From: Amphiscolops sp. MND2022
Lineage: Eukaryota
Assembly: GCA_964187785.1 (NCBI GenBank)
Contig: OZ076409.1
Location: forward strand, 30,258,001-30,318,000
Direction: 5' to 3'
Length of the DNA: 60,000 bases
Below, piece by piece: positions 49,995 through 60,000 of this stretch (within the stretch, counting starts at the first letter, position 1; the number at the start of each line of letters is the position of its first letter). The notes beneath the pieces are model-generated. The model was not told where the DNA came from. It saw only the letters and a program-made list of their open reading frames with translations, and searched no databases. Made by a program: the position numbers and the translations under genes.

Positions 49995-50790
49995 AATTAA
50001 CAGATAAACTAAAAACTAACATGATGCTGATCTTCTGTTCCACGGCACTGAAGTTCTTGTGGTCGTTATCGTGGTCGGTATTGGGGCTAAAAAACAATTT
50101 GTGAAGTAAAGCATTGAAACCTTTAATCAATTCAACATCAGATAAACTTCCAAATACTAACGAAATATTGATCTCCTTTTCCTTGGTGTAAAAGTTGTTG
50201 TGGTCGTTATCGGGGCTGATAACATTTCGTCAAGTCAAGCATTCAACATCCTAATCAATCAGACATCAGATAAAGTTCGAAAAACTAACAAGTTGTTGAT
50301 CTTCTTTTCCTTGTTGTTGAAGTTGTTTTGGTCGTTATCCGGGCTAAAATTAGTTTTGTCAGGTGAAGCATTGAAATTTTTGATCAATTCAACGTCAGAT
50401 AAAGTTCGAAAAACTAACAAGTTGTTGATCATCTTTTCCTTGGTGTTACAGTTGTTTTGGTCGTTTTCAGGGCTAAAAATAACTTTGTCGAGTGAAACAC
50501 TGAAAATCCTAATCAATTCGACAACAGATAAACTTCGAAAAACTAACAAGTTGTTGATGTGCTTTTCCTTGGCGTTGAGGTTGTTTTGATCGTTATCGGG
50601 GCTAAAAACAAATTTGTCAAGTGGAACATTGAAAATCTAAATCAATTCGACAACAGATAAACTTCGAAAAACTTACAAGTTGTTGATCTTCTTTTCCTTG
50701 GCGTTAAAGTTGTTTTGGTCGTTTTCGGGGCTAAAAACAATTTTGTCAAGTGAAACCTTGAAAATCCTAATCAATTCGACAACAGATAAA
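49995..50790. repeat. 129-bp tandem repeat (~6 copies)
   Basis: CAGATAAA(G/C)TTCGAAAAACTAACAAGTTGTTGAT recurs every ~129 bp. Confidence 0.88.
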
Positions 50791-51364
50791 CAATACATGA
50801 TTGAATTTTTTTTGATGTGAAATTGGAAGTTCAGAAAAGATTTGTGTTTTTAAAAATTTGAGTTGAAAAAGAATAGATATGAAAAATCTTTTTTATACTA
50901 ACGAATGACACACTTCTGTCTTGACGAAGCAGTTGGCTGCAACTCCTTCACAATATGACGACCAGTGTCATCTCTTGTTATTTGGTAATTCTTTTAACCA
51001 GTGGACGACGGAGCAATTGCTTTGTTTCTATATTCGGCCCAGCTAACACCAGCTTTGTACCCTTTTTTATAGTGACCCACGTTCAGAGAAAGAAAAGCTT
51101 CTTTCCTCTCTAAGGTGTATTTGAAGAATCGTTTTTCACGAGTCAGCGCTTGAACGACTTCTCTAGTTGGTGCCAAGTACTCATTGGCATAAGAGTCCGG
51201 GTCAGTAAAGTTTCTGGCCTGAAAATCATCAAACGTTTTGTTTTATAATGGCCTGTGGATTTGACTCTATAATTTGTTTTCGCTGCCATTTACAGTCGTA
51301 GTTCAGAGCATGTTGAGCAGTTGCCGCGGGCGAGTTGAACTCAAAAAACTTCACTTCACCATCT

Positions 51365-51583
51365 TTATCTCTCTTGGCAGTGCCTAACATGCCACAAAAC
51401 ATGTAGGGTTTTCCACTTGTTCCTCGTTATTAAATCATCAGCTGCCTTCAAAACGCAATGTGACAGAAAACCTCTCCGTCTGTGCTGCTTCAAGGTCTTA
51501 TCGGTTTTGAAAATTTCTCCACAATCTAGAAAACAGCAACAATCAACGCCTGTGTGTAAAAAAGATTCTGAAAATTTGTTCAT
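51365..51583 (-). CDS. Exon or fragment with a C2H2-like zinc finger
   Basis: C-x4-C-GEIFKTDKTLKQH pattern with the F and L positions of a classical finger; same strand and upstream of JmjC. Confidence 0.4.
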   Translation of the reverse strand: MNKFSESFLHTGVDCCCFLDCGEIFKTDKTLKQHRRRGFLSHCVLKAADDLITRNKWKTLHVLWHVRHCQER

Positions 51584-51769
51584 ATTACATCACCGAACTC
51601 CACTGGCGTACTTCCAAACATGTATCTCACTGATTTTCAGTGGATTCCGTTGTGATCTGTTTCGTATTCCACTAACATTTAGCTAATGTGCAAGATATAA
51701 GTAGCAAAAATTCGTGCTTTTGACTTCGATATTTAGGCTGACTTCTTGTTTTGTCATTGTTCCTTGTTT

Positions 51770-52600
51770 TCTCTTGGAATGTGAGGTTTTAAATACAGTT
51801 GGGGGTTTAAAAAATTGGCATGATGTACACATGCAGGAGACTTCAGGGAGTAATATTTTGGCTTCGATATTTGTTTTTGTTCGGTTTACCATTTTTCTGA
51901 TCAAAATTTGGCGTACGGCATGGAAGAAAAACCAAGAACCTTGTTCGTTTTTTCTATTTTGAAATGAACGAAGATTTGAAATGCGAAGTTCAAAATTCAT
52001 TTGGTGGTTTAAAAAATTGGCATGTACACGTACAGGAGATTTCAGGGGAGTATTTTGGCTTCGATTTTTGTACTTGTTCGCTTTACCATTTTTCTGATCA
52101 AATTTTGGCGTACGGCATAGAAGAAAAACCAAGAAACTTGTTCATTTTTTCTATTAGTTGAAATGCGAAGTTCAAAATTCAAGTGATGATTTACAAAATT
52201 GGCATGTACACGTACAGGCGATTCCAGGGGAGTATTATTTTGGCTTCGATTTTTGTACTTGTTCGCTTTACCATTTTCTGATCAAATTTTGGCGTACGGC
52301 ATTGAAGAAAAACCAAGAAACTTGTTCATTTTTTTCTTTTATTTGAAACGCGAGGTTCAAAAATCAAATGGCGGTTTGAAAAATTGGCATGTACACATGC
52401 AGACGACTTCAGGGAAGTCTTGTTTTGGCTTTGATTTTTGTGCTTGTTCGATTTACCATTTTTCTGATCAATAATCGTCGCACGTCAAAAGAGACAAACC
52501 AAGAAACCTGATCATTTTTTCTATTTTTCGGAATGACAGGTTCCTAATACAATTGGGTTTAAAAGTTGACGTGTACACAAGCAGGAGACATCAACGGAAC
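51770..52600. repeat. ~185-200-bp tandem repeat (4-5 copies)
   Basis: AAAATTGGCATGTACAC...TTTACCATTTTTCTGATCA...AAAACCAAGAAAC recurs at ~51812, 52014, 52196, 52382. Confidence 0.85.
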
Positions 52601-52703
52601 ATAGGCACATAGTTTTTGCTTTGAAATGTAGGCTTGTTTGTTCTTAATTTTTAGGCACCATGTTCAAGTTTTTATTTAGAACTCATAATTGTATAAAAAA
52701 TTA

Positions 52704-53172
52704 CAGTGCTGTGATTAAGATGTCGCCCCCTGTGATGTTCTCAGCCAATCAAAATTAAAATTGTTTATTTGGTCTCATTTTCAATACTGATTGGCACATG
52801 AAGAGAAATTCGCGTAAATTTGAGAAATTTTACCTTTTGAGCCTGATATCTCGGAAACGGTTGATCATTTTTGAGGTCAAAATATATCTATCAATACAGT
52901 AGATGTTTGGGAGTTAATTGAGCATAAAATTTGTCAAAAAACTGTGGATAAAACGGTCAAAATAAGTAAAACGGAAAGAAGTCTCATTCTGCTCAAAATT
53001 AGCTATTTGTACCTTTCTCAATTTTTATCTCAGAAATTTTTAAAACTTACTAATGTAAACTAGATGAAATTCTAAGAAACTTTTATTTCTGATGTTTTTC
53101 AAAAGTGCAACCAATTTTGAGAAAATCGAGCCTTAAAAACGCCCGGGGGACGTTTTCTCAATCACAGTACTC
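52704..53172. mobile_element. MITE with imperfect TIRs and TA flanks (Tc1/mariner-like)
   Basis: TA|CAGTGCTGTGATTAAGATGTCGCCCCC ... GGGGGGACGTTTTCTCAATCACAGTACTC|TA. Confidence 0.65.
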
Positions 53173-54501
53173 TATTTAGACAGAGTTTCGGAATTGTTGG
53201 ACTTACCGTTACATAGAGGCATCGCTGGTTGTTTAGAAGTAAGAGAATAACAGGGAAATACAATACTGTAAGAAAAGAACTGAACCCTTATTTGTAGTAA
53301 ATAATTTGGAATGCATGTAAACAAAACTAGCATTTCACATGACGACATCTTCCATTCTCTTTTACTGATGAATTCAAGGGACCTTGGAATGGAAATGAAC
53401 TTTTTCTGTTTTGGGATGCTGAAATATTTTCTACGCTAATATCAGTGTACACGCGTTTTTTGTCTCCATGCTCAGTCTTGTGTTTTATTTCTTGTAATTC
53501 AAAACATAAATGCCTTTTTTTGTGCGAAAATTATGGATACTTTGGAAAATTTCAAAAAACTTTTTCCACAAATATTGGTTCAGTTTATTTCTTACACTAT
53601 GGTCGAAGGTTTATGCTCGAAGGAAAGTAAGTTGATGCTTGCAATAATCAGAAGTTTATTCTAGAAAGTAGTGTAAAGAAATGGAAGCATTAGTCAATGT
53701 CTGTTCCCAGCGGTCAACTGATTTTAGCGTTTCAGCTAATCAAATTAGAGCACTGTTGATAATTTTGTTGATTTCATTGACAGTTAATGCGCTTTGCGAA
53801 CTGTGGTAAAATTTACTTTAATCTCTCGATTACTGTTGATGAAAATCGATGCCTGTTCTTTACATTACATAAACAGATTAGTCTGAAATACTGTTTAAGA
53901 AAATCGATGCAAAGTTGATATCATCATTTTTTATTGGCTCGCAGAATTGTTTACAAAACAACGTAGATTGAACTTAGAAATGGTGTTCCGCTAGAAAAAG
54001 TCAATGATTAGGCACCCAATAATTACAATCAAGATTATAAACAGATAATTTGTTTTAGATAACAAAAAATTTTGTTGTGAAAAGAAACAGACCCTTTGGA
54101 AACTGAGAGCTTTCATCCCATAAGTTTGATGCTGCAAATGTTTGGCAGTTGAATGACTATTGCAAACTTTGAGAGGATTAATTGTGTTCTCTCGAGTACT
54201 GTTGAACAAAATCGATGCCTGTTCTACATATTACAAATTAGTTTCGAATCTTGTTTCACAAAGTCGATGCAAAGTCGTTTCATTCAAATTTCGGTGGATC
54301 CGAGATCCATTACCATATTGACGTGGAATGAACATAGAAATGTGTTAATGTGTTACTGTTCGAAGAGTTCAAATGATTATGAAAATCGATGCACCCATGA
54401 ATTACAAGTAGGAACAATAATTTTAGGCTGAAAATCCCTAAAATTGACGCCTTTTCAGGCGAAAAAGGATGAAAACAGGCAAGAAAACAAACACGTGAAT
54501 T

Positions 54502-57500
54502 AGGCAAACATAACAAAAGCTTAGAATTGTACTTAACGAACATCTATTTATTGAGTTTTTTTAAAATTGATTAGTCTGTCACTCACAAAGGCGTTAAATA
54601 CCGAAAATAGTTGTTCCACGTGTACTGCCGTGCATGGGGCAAGCGATAATTGACCACTTTCTTCAGGCTCCGAAACACCTGCGTTGTTTCCTCGAGCAAT
54701 TCCACAACTTTCGTCTGTCCTTCATTTTTCTGTATCAGGTCCTGAAATTGTTTGAGGAGATCAGATACCATTTTTCATGTTTCCGAAAATTACAATCAAG
54801 ATAAAGATAAAGTATCTTAGATAATACAAAAGGTTGTTATGAGAAGGAAAGGTCCCCGAGAAAGTTCCTTTGAAATTCCAGCCTCTTTATATGACGATAA
54901 TAATGAAACTATTTTCTTGAGCGATTCAAGTCAAAATTTAGACAAATTACACCACTCACAAGTTTGTGGTACAAAAACTGATACTTATAACTCAAAAAGT
55001 GAAAAAAATGAATTTCTTATACAATTCGTTGCAAAGAAACATTAAAAATTTTTTCTGGAACAGTTCAACCTCAAGTTCAAATAGTTAATCAGCTCCCACC
55101 AGTTAGACATAGAAAAACTGATTCTTCCAATATTCAAAAAGTAAAACAGTTGATTTCTTTATTTTATTTCATCCCGAAGAAGAATTATTTTTTAGTTGTC
55201 AGTCTAAAAAGGCATCAGGTCATATTTAAAACTTTGGGTAATCAATAAAACTAGTATGTATGTGTAACTGTAGTTAATCAAGAGTCGACTCAAATTCAGG
55301 CGTGATTACAGTCAATTACGTGTGAATTGAGCATACCAGTTTTTGTGAGTGATAATCCTTGTAAATATCATTCCAATCTCCAGTTTTCTATCGAACACGT
55401 GCAATTCGAAACTATTGCTTTGAGTTAAAAAATTTTAAATCTTGACATGAGCCAACAAACTCTTGTTCTCTAGCCTGAAAACATCGTTCCTTGTGTGATA
55501 TCAACAAAGATGACGAGTCCCACCGAGTCCAATTTCGCTAACACCGCGGAAGAACTGGCTTCTGAAAATGTAGTTTCTCAATTACCTTCAACGAAAATAA
55601 CGAGAGTCAAATTTTGCTAAAACTGCGGACGAACTTGCTTCTGAGAATGGAGATCTTCAATTTTCAACGTTGGAATATTCACAATTGCTCTCTCAACCTA
55701 TTTTCTCAGACTCCCGTTTTCAGTACTTCTGCGCTCTTGCTGAGAGGGGTGTCTGAAATTCTTCCAACGCCGCCTGCTACTCCTCGCGCTGATACACAGG
55801 CCGTAAGTGCTTCTTTCGATTACCAGTTCAATCTTCCAACTTCGACACCACTCAACCCAATTACCTCCCTTCCACAGCTGACCGATTCAATTATAGGCGA
55901 CTTTTTTGCAACGCCAAGTGAGCTGACAATGAACGCCATCACTTCAACTCAATTCCATTTCCAACCTGCTCCAGAGAGCAATCCTGTTCTACTTTCCGAA
56001 GTTCAGAGGAAACGAAAAGGCCCGTGCGAGAATGAAGAAGGCAAACATAACAAAAGCTTAGAATTGTACTTAACAAACATCTATTTATTGAGTTTTTTTA
56101 AAATTGATTAGTCTGTCACTCACAAAGGCGTTAAATACCGAAAATAGTTGTTCCACGTGTACTGCCGTGCATGGGGCAAGCGATAACTGACCACTTTCTT
56201 CAGGCTCCGAAACACCTGCCTTGTTTCCTCGAGCAATTCCACAACTTTCGTCTGTCCTTCATTTTTCTGTATCAGGTCCTGAAATTGTTTGAGGAGATCA
56301 GATACCATTTTTCATGTTTCCGAAAATTACAATCAAGATAAAGATAAAGTATCTTAGATAATACAAAAGGTTGTTATGAGAAGGAAAGGTCCCCGAGAAA
56401 GTTCCTTTGAAATTCCAGCCTCTTTATATGACGATAATAATGAAACTATTTTCTTGAGCGATTCAAGTCAAAATTTAGACAAATAACACCACTCACAAGT
56501 TTGTGGTACAAAAATTGATACTTATAACTCAAAAAGTTAAAAAATTGAATTACCTATACAATTCGTTGCAAAGAAACCTTGAAAAATTTTTCTGGAACAG
56601 TTCAACCCCATGTTCAAATATTTAATCAGCCCCCACCAGTTAGACATAGAAAAATTGATTCTTCCACTATTCAAAAAGTAAAACAGTTGATTTCTTTAAT
56701 TATTTCATCCCGAAGAAGAATTATTTTTTAAGTTGTCAGTCTAAAAAGGCAACGGGTCATATTTGAAAATTTGGGTAATCAATTAAACTAGTATGTATGT
56801 GTAACTGTAGTTATTCAAGAGTCGACTCAAATTCAGGCGTGATTACAGTCAATTACGTGTGAATTGAGCATACCAGGTATTGTGAGTGATAATCCTTGTC
56901 AATATCATTCCAATCTCCAGTTTTCTATCGAACACGTGCAATTCGAAACTATTGCTTTGAGTTAAAAAATTTTAAATCTTGACATGAGCCATCATACTCC
57001 TGTTCTCCAGCCTGAAAACATCGTTCATCGTTCCTTGTGTGATATCAACGAATATGACGAGTCCTACTGAGTCCAATTTCGCTAACACCGCGGAAGAACT
57101 GGCTTCTGAAAATGTAGGTTCTCAATAACCTTCAACGAAAATAACGAGAACCACCGAGTCAAAGTTTGCTAAAACTGCGGACGAACTTGCTTCTGAGAAT
57201 GGAGATCTTCAATTTTCAACGTTGGAATATTCACAATTGCTCTCTCAACCTATTTTCTCTCAGACTCCCGTTTCCAGTACTTCTGCGCTCTTGCTGAGAG
57301 GGGTGTCTGAAATTCTCCCAACGCCGCCTGCTACTCCTCGCGCTGATACACAGGCCGTAAGTGCTTCTTTCGATTACCAGTTCAATCTTCCAACTTCGAC
57401 ACTACTCAACCCAATTACCTCCCTTCCACAGCTGACCGATTCAATTATAGGCGACTTTTTTGCAACTCCAAGTGAGCTGACAATGAACGCCATCACTTCA

Positions 57501-60000
57501 ACTCAATTCCATTTCCAACCTGCTGCAGAGAGCAATCCTGTTCTACAAGTATTTTCCGAAGTTCAGAGGAAACGAAAAGGCCCGTGCGAGAATGAAGAAG
57601 GCAAACATAACAAAAGCTTAGATTTGTACTTAACAAACATCTACTTATTGAGGTTTTTTAAGAATGATTAGTCTGTCACTCACAAAGGCGTTAAATACCG
57701 AAAATAGTTGTTCCACGTGTACTGCCGTGCATGGGGCAAGCGATAATAGACCACTTTCTTCAGGCTCCGAAACACCTGCGTTGTTTCCTCGAGCAATTCC
57801 ACAACTTTCGTCTGTCCTTCATTTTTCTGTATCAGGTCCTGAAATTGTTTGAGGAGATCAGATACCATTTTTCATGTCCCTGAAAATTACAATCAAGATA
57901 AAGATAAAGTATCTTAGATAATACAAAAGGTTGTTATGAGAAGGAAAGGTCCCCGAGAAAGTTCCTTTGAAATTCCAGCCTCTTTATATGATGATAATAA
58001 TAAAACTATTTTCTTGAGCGCTTCAAGTCAAAATTTAGATAAAGAACACCACTCACAAGTTTGTGGTACAAAAATTGATACTTATAACTCAAAAAGTGAA
58101 AAAAAAATTGAATTACCTATACAATTCGTTGCAAAGAAACATTAAATTTTTTTTCTGGAACAGTTCAACCCCATGTTCAAAAAGTTAATCAGCCCCCACC
58201 AGTTGGACATAGAAAAATTGATTCTTCCAATATTCAAAAAGTAAAACAGTTGATTTCTTTAATTACTTCAACCCGAAGAAGAATTATTTTTTTAGTTGTC
58301 AGTCTAAAAAGGCATCAGGTCATATTTAAAAATTTGGGTAATCAATTAAACTAGTATGTATGTGTAACTGTAGTTAATCAAGAGTCGACTCAAATTCAGG
58401 CGTGATTACCGTCAATTACGTGTGAATTGAGCATACCAGGTATTGTGAGTGATAATCCTTGTCAATATCATTCCAATCTCCAGTTTTCTATTGAACACGT
58501 GCATTTCGAAACTATTGCTTTGAGTTAAAAAACTTTAAATCTTGACATAAGCCAACAAACTCCTGTTCTCCAGCCTGAAAACATCGTTCCTTGTGTGATA
58601 TCAACGAAAATGACGAGTCCTACTGAGTCCAATTTCGCTAACACCGCGGAAGAACTGGCTTCTGAAAATGTAGGTTCTCAATAACCTTCAACGAAAATAA
58701 CGAGAACCACCGAGTCAAAGTTTGCTAAAACTGCGGACGAACTTGCTTCTGAGAATGGAGATCTTCAATTTTCAACGTTGGAATATTCACAATTGCTCTC
58801 TCAACCTATTTTCTCTCAGACTCCCGTTTCCAGTACTTCTGCGCTCTTGCTGAGAGGGGTGTCTGAAATTCTCCCAACGCCGCCTGCTACTCCTCGCGCT
58901 GATACACAGGCCGTAAGTGCTTCTTTCGATTACCAGTTCAATCTTCCAACTTCGACACTACTCAACCCAATTACCTCCCTTCCACAGCTGACCGATTCAA
59001 TTATAGGCGACTTTTTTGCAACTCCAAGTGAGCTGACAATGAACGCCATCACTTCAACTCAATTCCATTTCCAACCTGCTGCAGAGAGCAATCCTGTTCT
59101 ACAAGTATTTTCCGAAGTTCAGAGGAAACGAAAAGGCCCGTGCGAGAATGAAGAAGGCAAACATAACAAAAGCTTAGATTTGTACTTAACAAACATCTAC
59201 TTATTGAGGTTTTTTAAGAATGATTAGTCTGTCACTCACAAAGGCGTTAAATACCGAAAATAGTTGTTCCACGTGTACTGCCGTGCATGGGGCAAGCGAT
59301 AATAGACCACTTTCTTCAGGCTCCGAAACACCTGCGTTGTTTCCTCGAGCAATTCCACAACTTTCGTCTGTCCTTCATTTTTCTGTATCAGGTCCTGAAA
59401 TTGTTTGAGGAGATCAGATACCATTTTTTATGTCCCTGAAAATTACAATCAAGATAAAGATAAAGTATCTTAGATAATACAAAAGGTTGTTATGAGAAGG
59501 AAAGGTCCCCGAGAAAGTTCCTTTGAAATTCCAGCCTCTTTATATGATGATAATAATAAACTATTTTCTTGAGCGCTTCAAGTCAAAATTTAGATAAAGA
59601 ACACCACTCACAAGTTTGTGGTACAAAAATTGATACTTATAACTCAAAAAGTGAAAAAAAAATTGAATTACCTATACAATTCGTTGCAAAGAAACATTAA
59701 AATTTTTTTCTGGAACAGTTCAACCCCATGTTCAAAAAGTTAATCAGCCCCCACCAGTTGGACATAGAAAAATTGATTCTTCCAATATTCAAAAAGTAAA
59801 ACAGTTGATTTCTTTAATTACTTCAACCCGAAAAAGAATTATTTTTTTAGTTGTCAGTCTAAAAAGGCATCAGGTCATATTTAAAAATTTGGGTAATCAA
59901 TTAAACTAGTATGTATGTGTAACTGTAGTTAATCAAGAGTCGACTCAAATTCAGGCGTGATTACCGTCAATTACGAGTGAATTGAGCATACCAGGTATTG
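54502..60000. repeat. ~1.55-kb tandem macrosatellite (at least 3.5 units, runs off the window)
   Basis: GGCAAACATAACAAAAGCTTAG at ~54502, 56040, 57600, 59156; the last two units are nearly identical. Confidence 0.95.

Noticed and set aside
51683..52474. ORFs in the ~190-bp tandem array
   Set aside because: Frames differ between units and no domain is recognisable

Overview
Eukaryotic (probably invertebrate animal), AT-rich, almost wholly transposon-derived window with no recognisable housekeeping gene. The centrepiece is a young 16.5-kb Ty3/Gypsy LTR retrotransposon (11191-27645) with 2.5-kb LTRs >99% identical by eye, a CACAT target-site duplication and a gag/pol -1 frameshift. Between pol and the 3' LTR it carries a 7-exon antisense gene (~1090 codons, all introns GT-AG and phase-compatible) whose product looks like a catalytically degenerate hAT-type transposase with an N-terminal zinc finger. 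It also carries a sense acidic ORF that runs into the 3' LTR, and a palindromic motif shared between the LTRs and the internal divergent promoter. Gag starts inside the LTR. Other content: four Helentron/HINE-like non-autonomous elements (three with tRNA-Gly-like segments); LTR relics of a second family; two decayed Gypsy pol regions; a ~12-kb decayed cluster encoding a possible Transib/RAG1-like transposase plus BRCT, Tudor-like, C2H2 and KDM2/7-type JmjC domains; a TA-flanked MITE; and a ~1.55-kb tandem macrosatellite running off the right end. All protein family assignments are by-eye motif recognition, not database results.
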